From positions 1-49,904 of the forward strand of contig JBDKUN010000046.1 in assembly GCA_039679675.1 (NCBI GenBank): a stretch of 49,904 bases of DNA, written 5' to 3'. Numbering within the stretch: position 1 is the stretch's first letter; each line of letters starts with the position of its first letter. The notes beneath the pieces are model-generated. The model searched no databases. It had not been told where the DNA came from and worked only from the letters and a program-made list of their open reading frames with translations. The position numbers and the translations under genes were made by a program. Of the stretch, positions 27,276 through 36,694 are shown piece by piece. The DNA is from Armatimonadota bacterium (GTDB taxonomy: Bacteria; Armatimonadota; UBA5829; DTLH01).

Positions 27276-28230
27276 TTGGAACTTTTATCTGTCATTACGC
27301 CGGATGCTATTCCTTGCCAGGCATTCCAAACTCGATCTTTACACTGTGGAGGGAGAATCTGCCGGCTCTTCACTCACAATGCTTGTGGCCGACGATGGCT
27401 CTACCCTGCCCTACATCAGCAGCGTAGTATTTCCATCCGGTGCGGTGATAAACAAAAAGGGCTCCATCTACGCACTAAAAGCCCATTGGCTCATAGACAG
27501 AAAGGTCGATTTAGTCGTTGTCGGCGCAAACTATCTTCTGCTCAGAAATTATGCCCGTATGGGGTTCCATCTGATTCCTAAATGGATAAACCCATATCTA
27601 GCATTAACGGATCATCCTGACGTACTTATAAACAAACTGGACAAATCCCCAAAGAGAGACATCACGCGAAATTTGAAGAAAGCAGAAGCAAGCGGATTCA
27701 ATTACGAAGTAACCACTGAACCTGCATGGTTCGACAAATTCTACAATGATATGTATGTCCCATACGCGCAAAAGCGTTACGGGAAACTTGCGCAGATCGA
27801 CGGTTACGAACGAGTAAAGCAGGCATATACAAAAGGCGCTGGTATTATTGTAAAACAATACGAAAAACACGTCGGCGGAACAATTGTGTATACTCAGGAG
27901 AACGTAATGCGGAACCCTTACGTGGGTATCTCCGGCGGCGACGAGATAGTGGCAAGGGAAGGCGCATCCCGCGTGCTCTACTACTATGTTATGCTTCTTG
28001 CTCATTCCTGGGGATGCGAAGGAATAAATTTCGGCAGCACCAGGCCGTTTCTTTCGGATGGAGTGCTGAAATACAAACTGAAATGGGGAATGCAGTTGCG
28101 CCACGACGAGCTTTCGACCGCTGTATTTGCACTTGCAGCTCCCGGACTGACAAAACCTGCACAAAATTTCCTCGAAACCAATCCATTCTTCCAAATCACA
28201 AAACACGGATTCGAGATTTTTAGGCCCTGA
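27268..28230 (+). CDS. GNAT/FemAB-like fold protein, paralog 3
   Basis: ADDGSTLPYI, VVGAN, PKWI, WFDKFYNDMYVPYA, FGSTRPFLSDGVLKYKLKW. Confidence 0.6.
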   Translation: MSNWNFYLSLRRMLFLARHSKLDLYTVEGESAGSSLTMLVADDGSTLPYISSVVFPSGAVINKKGSIYALKAHWLIDRKVDLVVVGANYLLLRNYARMGFHLIPKWINPYLALTDHPDVLINKLDKSPKRDITRNLKKAEASGFNYEVTTEPAWFDKFYNDMYVPYAQKRYGKLAQIDGYERVKQAYTKGAGIIVKQYEKHVGGTIVYTQENVMRNPYVGISGGDEIVAREGASRVLYYYVMLLAHSWGCEGINFGSTRPFLSDGVLKYKLKWGMQLRHDELSTAVFALAAPGLTKPAQNFLETNPFFQITKHGFEIFRP

Positions 28231-28244
28231 TTTCTAAAAAACGC

Positions 28245-28272
28245 TAAAGTAACTCTCCTAAGCCGTCGAGAT
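28245..28272 (+). promoter_or_regulatory. Possible sigma28 (FliA)-type promoter upstream of flgF
   Basis: TAAA-16 nt-GTCGAGAT; same CGCTAAAG...GTCGA context as the flgM promoter. Confidence 0.4.
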
Positions 28273-28296
28273 ATAATGCGGAGGCTAAGTAGAGTG

Positions 28297-28995
28297 ATTA
28301 ATGGACTTTATAGCGCCGCGGCAGGGATGCTCGGTCAGCTCGAACAGCAGGATGCTATCTCCAATAATCTAGCTAACGCAAATACATCGGGTTACAAGCA
28401 CACAGCCGTGAGTTTCGCCGCCGTCAGCAGAGGTGTGACCATTGAAGAACTGGACGGTGCGAATAATTCGTCAAAGCAGGTGCAAAGTGTAATCCCGATC
28501 CCATTTTCAGAGCAGGACCACAGCCAGGGAATGCTTCAGGATACCGCCAACCCCACCAATCTTGCGCTCGACGGGCCCGGATACTTCGTTGTATCGACCG
28601 GACGGGGGCGCGAGCTTACCAGGCATGGCAACTTCACGCTGAACAAATCCGGCCAACTCGCGACAAGCAACGGCGGCGTTGTTATGGGGCAAAACGGGCC
28701 TATAAAAGTATCAGGAACTGACTGGTCGGTAGACTCGAACGGGACTGTCAGGGTAAACGGCAGTGTCGTGGACAAGCTGCAAATAGTACCGGACAAATCG
28801 ACCAGGGCAGCGAGCGGCTCCCGGAGCGTTGGGCAGGTAGTGCAAGGACAGGTTGAAGGTTCGAATGTCAGTGTAGTGAGAGAAATGGTCTCGATGATGA
28901 CCGCTCTCAGGTCTTATGAAGCGAACCAGAAAAGTATTCATTCTATCGACCAGACGCTCGAAAAAGCTATCAATATCGGCGGAAAGGCAGCTTAG
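28297..28995 (+). CDS. flgF: Flagellar basal-body rod protein FlgF
   Basis: GLYSAAAGM, ISNNLANANTSGYK, LTRHGNF, EGSNVSVVREM...YEANQK; GTG 28297 after GGAGG preferred over ATG 28276. Confidence 0.85.
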   Translation: MNGLYSAAAGMLGQLEQQDAISNNLANANTSGYKHTAVSFAAVSRGVTIEELDGANNSSKQVQSVIPIPFSEQDHSQGMLQDTANPTNLALDGPGYFVVSTGRGRELTRHGNFTLNKSGQLATSNGGVVMGQNGPIKVSGTDWSVDSNGTVRVNGSVVDKLQIVPDKSTRAASGSRSVGQVVQGQVEGSNVSVVREMVSMMTALRSYEANQKSIHSIDQTLEKAINIGGKAA

Positions 28996-29007
28996 GAGGA
29001 TTGAACC

Positions 29008-29796
29008 ATGATTGAATCGTTATGGACCGCAGCCACCGGAATGGAGGCTCAGCAGCTAAACATAGACGTTATATCCAACAACCTGGCTAACGTCAACACA
29101 ACAGGATTCAAAAAGACCAGAGTAGAGTTCCAGGACATGCTGTACCAGACTATAGTGCCCGCCGGATCGACCGAAGCAGAAGGATCGATGAATCCGACCG
29201 GTGTTCAGGTGGGACTTGGAACCTGCTATTCCGCAACTCAAAAGATTTTCACGCAGGGCGACTTCCAGCAGACCGGCAATTCACTGGACCTCGTTATTGA
29301 GGGCGATGGGTTCTTCCAGGTCCAATTGCCAAACGGGAACACAGCCTATACCCGCGATGGAACATTCAAGCTCGATGCGCAGGGGAGGATGGTAACATCT
29401 GACGGTAATCCGCTAGACCCGCAGATAACTATCCCTGCAGAAGCCACAAGTGTCTCCGTCGGATCGGATGGAACCGTTTCCGTCACGCTTCCCGGCCAGA
29501 CAGCCCCTCAGGAAGTCGGACAGATTCAATTAGCCAAGTTTTCGAACCCAGCCGGACTTTCCAGCCAGGGAAATAATCTGCTTTTACCTACAGCATCCTC
29601 CGGCGACCCTGTAGTCGACACAGCAGGAATGAACGGTCTTGGGACAATCGCCAGCGGGTTCATTGAAATGTCCAATGTAAAGGTCGTCGAAGAGATGGTC
29701 AATATGATTGTCGCTCAGAGGGCCTACGAAATCAACGCAAAAGCAATTCAGACATCGGACGAGATGCTGAGTACAGCGAATAATCTCACACGGTAG
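29008..29796 (+). CDS. flgG: Flagellar basal-body rod protein FlgG
   Basis: [56 protein letters not shown]. Confidence 0.95.
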   Translation: MIESLWTAATGMEAQQLNIDVISNNLANVNTTGFKKTRVEFQDMLYQTIVPAGSTEAEGSMNPTGVQVGLGTCYSATQKIFTQGDFQQTGNSLDLVIEGDGFFQVQLPNGNTAYTRDGTFKLDAQGRMVTSDGNPLDPQITIPAEATSVSVGSDGTVSVTLPGQTAPQEVGQIQLAKFSNPAGLSSQGNNLLLPTASSGDPVVDTAGMNGLGTIASGFIEMSNVKVVEEMVNMIVAQRAYEINAKAIQTSDEMLSTANNLTR

Positions 29797-29801
29797 AGCA
29801 A

Positions 29802-30782
29802 ATGATGGCATGCGTCCTCCCAAAATATGTACTGATAATAGTAGCACTGATAGCTCTACCGGTTATGGCAGGGGCGACGGCGGCTGATATTCTTGCCCAA
29901 CCGTCGCCTGAAGTCGCAGAAGCCGAAATAATGCTCTCAGACATCGCGAAGGTACAATCCAGTGATGCCGCCCTGGCCAAAAAGCTGGCATCGACACTGA
30001 TCTGCCCGTCGCCCCTGCCTGGTAAAAACCGCGTTATCACACGAGACCAGATCATCATCGCTATGCGGAGAAATGGCATAGATGACAGATCCATCAACCT
30101 CGTGTGCCCTGTTCAGCTTTCAGTAAAACGCACAGCATCGCTCGTTACCGGCAAAGCCCTTTTCGATACCGTGCAGGAGTATCTGGCGGCAGACAGTTCC
30201 CGCGTGGGGACGATTACAGTGGAGCCCGTCAGGCTGCCAGTGGATATTTCCGCACCTACAGGGAGCCTGAAAATCCGCGTTAAGGACACTTATCAGAAAA
30301 CACCCAAAGGACGCGCAAGCCTGCCGGTAGAGATAGTTGTCGATGGCAGGGTATACACCACTGTCAATGTGTCCGTAACTGTCCGTGTCTTTGCGCAGGT
30401 AATGGTTGCGGCAAAACCAATAAGCCGGGCAGAGGCGATAACATCCGAGAATGTAACATTCGAAAACCGTGAGATCACCACACTCCCCGGAGATCTGGTA
30501 ACAGACCAACCACAGACATCGGTCACAGCAGCCCTGCCAATCGCGCAGGGATCGGTCATCCGGAGCGGCTGGCTGGCAGAGCCGCCGGTCATCAAAGCAG
30601 GTGATGCAGTCACTGTTGTCGTATCGGGAGAAACTGTCCGGGTAGCCGACAAGGGCATCGCCGCTATGGATGGACAGAAGGGTGACACAATTAAAGTAAG
30701 GCTCCTCGGAGATGTCCGGGAAATACGCGGAACGGTAGTCGAGCCTGGGCTCGTAGAAATCAAACTCAGCAGGAGGAACTAA
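29802..30782 (+). CDS. flgA: P-ring formation chaperone FlgA
   Basis: Signal peptide, SAF-like VAAKPISR...PPVIKAGDAV...GIAAMDGQKGDTIKV; between flgG and flgH. Confidence 0.85.
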   Translation: MMACVLPKYVLIIVALIALPVMAGATAADILAQPSPEVAEAEIMLSDIAKVQSSDAALAKKLASTLICPSPLPGKNRVITRDQIIIAMRRNGIDDRSINLVCPVQLSVKRTASLVTGKALFDTVQEYLAADSSRVGTITVEPVRLPVDISAPTGSLKIRVKDTYQKTPKGRASLPVEIVVDGRVYTTVNVSVTVRVFAQVMVAAKPISRAEAITSENVTFENREITTLPGDLVTDQPQTSVTAALPIAQGSVIRSGWLAEPPVIKAGDAVTVVVSGETVRVADKGIAAMDGQKGDTIKVRLLGDVREIRGTVVEPGLVEIKLSRRN

Positions 30783-30784
30783 GA

Positions 30785-31369
30785 ATGCTGTCCAAATATA
30801 TTAAAGCTTTTACCATTATACTTATACTTATAACCATTGCATCTGCCTCAGCGGACTCGCTGTGGGTTACAACATCACCCGGCAGCATGTTCACGGATAT
30901 GAAAGCAAAACAGGTCGGGGACCTGTTAACGGTGCTTATATCGGAGGGGTCATCTTCGAGCGTATCAGCCAGCAAGGACTACGGTAAAAGTCTGGACCAT
31001 TCAAACGGCGCCGGAGCAGGCCCGCTACTCAATCTTCTGCCGGACATGTCATTTTCTTCTAAGCAGACAGGTTCATCCACCGGCAAGTCATCCGTCAGCA
31101 CCTCACTTGTTGCCAATGTTACAGCGAAGGTAACCAAGGTGCTGTCAAATGGCAACCTTGAGATCCAGGCACAGCGGACTATAATCACCAACGAAGAAAA
31201 GCAGGAAATCACACTGACCGGAATTGTCCGCCCACAGGATATCTCATCCGATAATACAGTGTCTTCCACTTATCTTTCAGATGTCACGATAAAGCAGACA
31301 GGCAAAGGCGCCATCGGAGACAGACAGAAGGAAGGCGTCATCAGCAAGATCGTAAAGTATCTCTTCTAA
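30785..31369 (+). CDS. flgH: Flagellar L-ring protein FlgH
   Basis: KQVGDLLTVLISE, VLSNGNL, LTGIVRPQDIS..NTV.S. Confidence 0.9.
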   Translation: MLSKYIKAFTIILILITIASASADSLWVTTSPGSMFTDMKAKQVGDLLTVLISEGSSSSVSASKDYGKSLDHSNGAGAGPLLNLLPDMSFSSKQTGSSTGKSSVSTSLVANVTAKVTKVLSNGNLEIQAQRTIITNEEKQEITLTGIVRPQDISSDNTVSSTYLSDVTIKQTGKGAIGDRQKEGVISKIVKYLF

Positions 31370-31396
31370 AGGGTTCAGGCGTCATCTGAAACTCAA

Positions 31397-32548
31397 TTGA
31401 GATATTTACTAAAGTGCATAATTAGGAGCCAAAAGATGCGGGCGAGCAGATTAATCACATTCGGAATGGTATTTATAAGCCTTTTTGCGGCAATAGGAAC
31501 GGCATCAGCCGATATGGTCGTAAAAATCAAGGACATAGCAAAAATAGAGGGTGTTCGAAGCAACCAGCTTGTAGGTTACGGGCTAGTAGTCGGTCTTGAC
31601 GGTTCCGGTGACAGCCAGCAAACGCTGTTTACAGTCAAATCAGTGGCAAACATGCTGAAAAGGCTTGGAATCACTGTTTCGGACAGCAGCCTTAAAGTAA
31701 AAAACGTGGCCGCCGTAATGGTAACCGCAGAGCTTCCGCCCTTTGTCCGGTCCGGCAGCAAAATAGATATAGTAGCCTCGTCGATAGGTGACGCAAAGAG
31801 CCTGCAGGGAGGCACGCTCCTTCAAACACCGCTCCAGGCTGCAAACGGCAGTGTCTATGCAGTTGCTCAGGGCAGCGTATCCATCGGTGGGTTTACCGCC
31901 GGAGGCGGAGGAGACAGTGTAACGAAAAACCATACCACAGTAGGCCGGATACCGGACGGAGCGATTGTCGAGCAGGATGTCCCGACCACAATGACCGATG
32001 GCAATACATTAAATGTGTTATTAAACAACCCGGATTTCACTACAGCGGTCCACCTTGCACAATCCATTGAATCAAGACTGGGCACTGGTTCGGCAACTGC
32101 GCTCGATGCAGGCACTGTCCAGGTCCGCACCGGTGGCGCGCAGAACGTTACGAGCATAATAGCCGATATCGAAGATTTATCAGTCACACAGTCATCCGTA
32201 GCAAAGGTCATCGTAAACGAGCGGACCGGAACCGTGATTATAGGAGAATCAGTCCGTATCTCTCCGGTCGCTATCTCGCATGGCAACCTGACGGTCGAAA
32301 TATCTACCGATTATGAAGTTTCACAGCCGTCGTCATTCTCAAAAACCGGCGATACAGTCGTAGTACCACAGAAATCCGTTAGTGCTAACGAAGAGAAGGG
32401 CCAACTGGTCCACCTTAAGCCGGGTGTAACACTGGATGAGTTGGTACGCGCTCTGAATGAGCTCAAGGTAACGCCTCGCGACATGGTAGCAATTCTCCAG
32501 GCACTCAAACAGGCTGGAGCACTTCATGCAGAGCTGGAGATTATCTAA
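31397..32548 (+). CDS. flgI: Flagellar P-ring protein FlgI
   Basis: KIKDI..GVRSNQLVGYGLVVGLDGSGD, KNVAAVMVTA, SLQGGTLL, NERTGTV, ILQALKQAGALHAEL; real start may be ATG 31436. Confidence 0.96.
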   Translation: MRYLLKCIIRSQKMRASRLITFGMVFISLFAAIGTASADMVVKIKDIAKIEGVRSNQLVGYGLVVGLDGSGDSQQTLFTVKSVANMLKRLGITVSDSSLKVKNVAAVMVTAELPPFVRSGSKIDIVASSIGDAKSLQGGTLLQTPLQAANGSVYAVAQGSVSIGGFTAGGGGDSVTKNHTTVGRIPDGAIVEQDVPTTMTDGNTLNVLLNNPDFTTAVHLAQSIESRLGTGSATALDAGTVQVRTGGAQNVTSIIADIEDLSVTQSSVAKVIVNERTGTVIIGESVRISPVAISHGNLTVEISTDYEVSQPSSFSKTGDTVVVPQKSVSANEEKGQLVHLKPGVTLDELVRALNELKVTPRDMVAILQALKQAGALHAELEII

Positions 32549-32877
32549 TGCGGATCCAGCCTGTACCAATCAGCACGAGCGGGCTTGCGGCATCGAAAGC
32601 CAATACCGCAACCAAAGATGAAAAAGCACTGAAGGACGCCTGCATAGAGTTCGAGTCTGTGCTCGTCCACCAAATGATCAAAAACATGCGAAGTACGGTG
32701 ATGAAGACCGACTTGTTCGGGTCGAGCGAAAAAGAAGAGATGTTCCAGGATATGATGGACGAAGAAGTTTCAAAAGACTTCTCGAAGACAGGCTCAATCG
32801 GGCTTGCAGATGTGATGTACCGGCAGCTTATACAGCAAAATACCGCTAAAGCCACCGAAAAAACTGTCGATAAGTAA
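32548..32877 (+). CDS. flgJ: Short FlgJ (rod-binding domain only, no muramidase)
   Basis: LKDACIEFES...MIKNMR...MFQDMMDEE...IGLADVMYRQL. Confidence 0.85.
   Translation: MRIQPVPISTSGLAASKANTATKDEKALKDACIEFESVLVHQMIKNMRSTVMKTDLFGSSEKEEMFQDMMDEEVSKDFSKTGSIGLADVMYRQLIQQNTAKATEKTVDK
32847..32873 (+). promoter_or_regulatory. Sigma28 (FliA) promoter for flgM, embedded in the flgJ 3' end
   Basis: TAAA-15 nt-GTCGATAA, one mismatch from TAAA-N15-GCCGATAA. Confidence 0.7.
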
Positions 32878-32927
32878 TGTGAGAGTCAATAGCAGGCTAT
32901 CAGCCAGTTACTGATAGCCTAAAAGGG

Positions 32928-33230
32928 ATGCATAAAGTGTACGTAAACAACGCACAAATCAATTCAGTTCTTGAGCTGCACCTGCATAAGGTTTATTCAG
33001 TTCAAAACAAACCTGCAATAAGCGCTTCAATGAGACCGGCTGATGAACTGGTCCTCTCTTCCAGAGCGACTGAAATGCAGGATATCAAGCAGGCAATGTC
33101 GGCCCTTCCCGATGTGAGGACCGATCTGGTCGATAATATCAAATCAAAGGTTGAAGCAGGAGCATACGATTCGAGCAATCAAGACATTGCCGATTGCATG
33201 CTGAGATCGATAATCGGAAACTTGGGATAA
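32928..33230 (+). CDS. flgM: Anti-sigma28 factor FlgM
   Basis: DELVLSS...PDVRTDLVDNIKSKVEAGAY...IADCM. Confidence 0.85.
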   Translation: MHKVYVNNAQINSVLELHLHKVYSVQNKPAISASMRPADELVLSSRATEMQDIKQAMSALPDVRTDLVDNIKSKVEAGAYDSSNQDIADCMLRSIIGNLG

Positions 33231-33243
33231 TTTTAGATCGAGG

Positions 33244-33717
33244 TTGGATATGGACGCTGAAAAAATCAAAGAAGAGCTGATACTGATCTCACAGCACAGG
33301 CTGGACCGATGTAAGGGTCTGGTATCGCTGGCTCTGGAACAGCGTGAATTACTGACCAATCGGCGGCACACCGAGCTGGAAGACAATGCAAGAAAGCATG
33401 AACAGCTCATTGCAGATCTAGTAAAACTCGACCGTCGTGAGAAAACTCTGCTTCAGGAACTCGGCCGGTATCAATCAGACAGCAGCACTACTGTGGCTTT
33501 CAACAAAAGACGCAGCACAGTAATTGCTGAGATCGGTGCCGAAGCCAAGAAACTAAAATCACTTATGCAGATAAACGCGGGGCTTCTTGGCAACGCGATG
33601 AACTACATAAACTTTACTATGGGACTGTTGTCTAGAATTGTCAGCAATCAGCCGTCCTATGATCCACGCGGCGAGAACCTTACCAGTTCCGCTGTTGTGC
33701 TGGACTTGAGAGTCTAA
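33244..33717 (+). CDS. flgN: Flagellar export chaperone FlgN
   Basis: Helical protein between flgM and flgK; INAGLL, Y near the C-terminus, ends LDLRV. Confidence 0.7.
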   Translation: MDMDAEKIKEELILISQHRLDRCKGLVSLALEQRELLTNRRHTELEDNARKHEQLIADLVKLDRREKTLLQELGRYQSDSSTTVAFNKRRSTVIAEIGAEAKKLKSLMQINAGLLGNAMNYINFTMGLLSRIVSNQPSYDPRGENLTSSAVVLDLRV

Positions 33718-33735
33718 TCAGGAGAAGTAACTACC

Positions 33736-35127
33736 GTGTCGTTTTTCGGACTTGACATAGCTGTAAGTGGGCTGAGAGCGCAGCAACTTGCGATGAATGT
33801 TACGGCGCAGAACATTACCAATGCCGGAGCCGAAGGTTACCACCGGCAAGAGGCAGTAACAACCGCCGGAACACCGCTCGTTGGCGCACTCACACTGGCA
33901 AACGGCAGTGCAGCACAGCTAGGCACGGGAACTCTTATAAAGACTATACGGCGTCTGCAGTCTGACTTTATAGACAACCAGGTAAGAAGCGAAAACCAGC
34001 TTTCAGGATCATGGAGTTATAAGCAAAATGCACTCAGCCAGGTGGAATCCATCCTGGCTGAACCTGGAGACAACGGCCTCGCAACATCATTTGATGCGTT
34101 CTGGAACTCATGGAACGACCTGGCAACTTCACCGGAAAGCAGCTCATCGAAAATAGCTACCGTTGAAGAAGGAGCTTCTCTGGCTCAGAGGATAAACACT
34201 CTCTGCGGAAATCTGCGCGATCTCCAAAACCAGGCAGATTCCAACGTCATGACAAATGCGAATGAGATAAACCGGCTGGCAACCGAGATTGCGCACTTGA
34301 ACGAGCAAATCGGAAAAGCAGCAGGCGACACAACAAACCAGCCCTGCGATCTTCTGGATAAGCGGGATGTGCTGCTCAAGGAATTATCTCATATCATCAA
34401 TTACCAGACCAATAACACAGCCGGAGCTGATCTGGTAATCAGCATTGGAGGAAAAGCCCTCGTCCAAGGCGACATGGTCTCGGAAGTCGGCATAACCGAA
34501 GGTGCTAACGGCTGGTCACAATTATCCTGGACTGATGACGGGACCACTGTTTCCATAACAGGCGGAGAAATTCTGGGACAGATAGAGGCTCGCGATGATC
34601 TCATTGGAGGCTACATTAACACATTGAACAATATAACCTCCAAGCTTATTGATGAAGTAAATAAGTTGTACTCGTCAGGCACAACACCAAGCGGAAGTCC
34701 CGCAGGCAACTTCTTTATCGGCAGTGATGCATCCAGCATAGCAGTCGATGCTAATCTTGTTGCGACACCTACCAATCTCACGGCTTCATATACCGGGGAC
34801 TCGGGTTCCAATAAGTTGGCTCAGGACATAGCCGCACTCGCAAACAAAGGCGTAATGGCGAATGGCGAGTCGATTTATGGCGCTTATACATCACTAGTTT
34901 CACAGATCGGCGCAGATTCCGAAGAAGCCCAATCGAGAGCAGATTTGCATGCTCTTTCACTGGATGAACTTAGCACACAAACCGAAGCGGTCTCCGGTGT
35001 ATCGCTGGACGAAGAGATGTCCAACATGGTCAAGTTTCAGCAGGCATACAACGCTACCGCGCGAATATTCACCACAATCGACGAAATGATGGACACTCTT
35101 GTGTCGATGGGCAAAGTCGGGAGGTAA
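33736..35127 (+). CDS. flgK: Hook-associated protein FlgK
   Basis: GLDIAVSGLRAQQ, NITNA..EGYHRQ, LLDKRD, SGVSLDEEM...FQQAYNA. Confidence 0.95.
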   Translation: MSFFGLDIAVSGLRAQQLAMNVTAQNITNAGAEGYHRQEAVTTAGTPLVGALTLANGSAAQLGTGTLIKTIRRLQSDFIDNQVRSENQLSGSWSYKQNALSQVESILAEPGDNGLATSFDAFWNSWNDLATSPESSSSKIATVEEGASLAQRINTLCGNLRDLQNQADSNVMTNANEINRLATEIAHLNEQIGKAAGDTTNQPCDLLDKRDVLLKELSHIINYQTNNTAGADLVISIGGKALVQGDMVSEVGITEGANGWSQLSWTDDGTTVSITGGEILGQIEARDDLIGGYINTLNNITSKLIDEVNKLYSSGTTPSGSPAGNFFIGSDASSIAVDANLVATPTNLTASYTGDSGSNKLAQDIAALANKGVMANGESIYGAYTSLVSQIGADSEEAQSRADLHALSLDELSTQTEAVSGVSLDEEMSNMVKFQQAYNATARIFTTIDEMMDTLVSMGKVGR

Positions 35128-35131
35128 TTAA

Positions 35132-36043
35132 ATGCGAGTCACTCTCGGAATGACAAACGATAATATCAAGTCGAATTTGAGGAGCGTTACTTCCCGCTTA
35201 ATGGAAGCTCAGGACCAAGCTTCTTCGGGAAAAAGAATAGACCGTCCAAGTGATGATGTCGCCGGTATCGGTAAATCGCTCAGCCTGAGGTCTACTATCG
35301 CATCGATTGGACAGTATGAGAAAAACTCAACAATGGCTAACTCGCAGTTATCTACTGCGAGCAGCACTTTGTCTTCTATCACCAAAGCGCTTCAATCCGT
35401 GCGGTTGCTTGCGTCGCAAGCAGCTAACAGCACTTTAAATAAAGAGGCATTAGCCAGTATAAAAACCCAGTTGGAAGGTATATCGGATGAGCTTAAGGGA
35501 TATGCAAACACTCAATATCTGAACAAATATATCTTCTCCGGGACAAAGACTGACACGTCCCCGCTGGCAGAGACCGGTGGCACTCCAGCCTACACATATC
35601 AGGGCAACAATGATCCGGTTAAAGTGCAGACAGCCCCCGGCACATACACTACCGTCAATGTCTCAGGAGACTTGGTCTTCAATCTGGGCGGAGCTGCTGT
35701 ATCAGGTGAACCCGATGTCTTCACGATGATGGATTCACTCATATCCGCGGTCGATTCGGGAAATGTCAGCAGTATATCATCGCAGCTCAAAGATATTGAC
35801 GCCAACCTGAACAATGTAACAGGGCTTAACACTCAAGTAGGAGCCAAGATCAAGCGGCTTGCGTCCAATACTGAAGCGCTGGGCACTTCGAAGGATACGA
35901 TGAAATCAATGCTGTCCGATGTAGAGGATGTGGACCTCGCCGAAGCCGCTGTCAATCTTGCTACTCTACAAAACTGTTATCAAGTAGCTCTTTCTGTCGC
36001 CAGCAGCGTGCTGAAGACCTCACTAGCAGATTTTTTAAGTTAA
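35132..36043 (+). CDS. flgL: Hook-associated protein FlgL
   Basis: MRVT, SSGKRIDRPSDD, YIFSGTKTD, DVDLAEA, SLADFL. Confidence 0.93.
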   Translation: MRVTLGMTNDNIKSNLRSVTSRLMEAQDQASSGKRIDRPSDDVAGIGKSLSLRSTIASIGQYEKNSTMANSQLSTASSTLSSITKALQSVRLLASQAANSTLNKEALASIKTQLEGISDELKGYANTQYLNKYIFSGTKTDTSPLAETGGTPAYTYQGNNDPVKVQTAPGTYTTVNVSGDLVFNLGGAAVSGEPDVFTMMDSLISAVDSGNVSSISSQLKDIDANLNNVTGLNTQVGAKIKRLASNTEALGTSKDTMKSMLSDVEDVDLAEAAVNLATLQNCYQVALSVASSVLKTSLADFLS

Positions 36044-36066
36044 TTCGGCCTTAAAAGGAGTAAAAA

Positions 36067-36531
36067 ATGCAGATCACAACTACCCGATTTGGAAACATCA
36101 ACGTTAAAGAGGATTCGATCATCTATATGGATGATGTAATGCTCGGTTTTGAACACTGCACCAGTTATGTATTGCTCCAGGACAGCCCCGACACGGTGTT
36201 CAAATGGATGCAAGCTATTGATGACCCAACAGTGGCTTTTCTGGTCATCAATCCAAACGATTTCTTCCCGGATTACGAGGTCGAGCTGACTGATGAGCAG
36301 GCCAAGTCACTCGAATTAAGTAATCCACATGACTCGGTGATGTTCACTACAGTAACTCTTGACCGGGAATCTACTAAGGCAACGACTAATCTGGTCGGGC
36401 CTATTGTATTGAACGTGCAAACAATGCACGCGTCGCAAATAGTATTGCAGGATGACCGTTATACGACCAAACAGACAATATGGGAAAGATCCCAATCTAG
36501 CACAGACCGCGAACTGGTTAAAGCAGCATAG
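36067..36531 (+). CDS. fliW: Flagellar assembly factor FliW
   Basis: TTRFG, LGFE, WMQ, FLVINP..FFPDY, TTNLVGPIVLN, QIVL. Confidence 0.92.
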   Translation: MQITTTRFGNINVKEDSIIYMDDVMLGFEHCTSYVLLQDSPDTVFKWMQAIDDPTVAFLVINPNDFFPDYEVELTDEQAKSLELSNPHDSVMFTTVTLDRESTKATTNLVGPIVLNVQTMHASQIVLQDDRYTTKQTIWERSQSSTDRELVKAA

Positions 36532-36694
36532 GATCAGGATCATTACATACAAAAGGAGGTGATCCTGACACTACTCTACAACCATGACGCAACAAATTTC
36601 GGATATTTGGAATCCGGATTCCATTGAGGCCACCGCACCTGCATTGGAATCACATCAAAACCAGGTAAAAATGCGGAATAAATTAATGCATATC

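Noticed and set aside
36552..36565. 16S rRNA gene fragment
   Set aside because: Match is limited to 14 nt complementary to the anti-SD end; flanks do not resemble rRNA.
36655..36680. Sigma28 promoter directly upstream of flagellin 1 (and TAAA...GACGATAG at 41815-41846 for flagellin 2)
   Set aside because: Spacers of 14 and 20 nt and poor -10 matches; not supportable.
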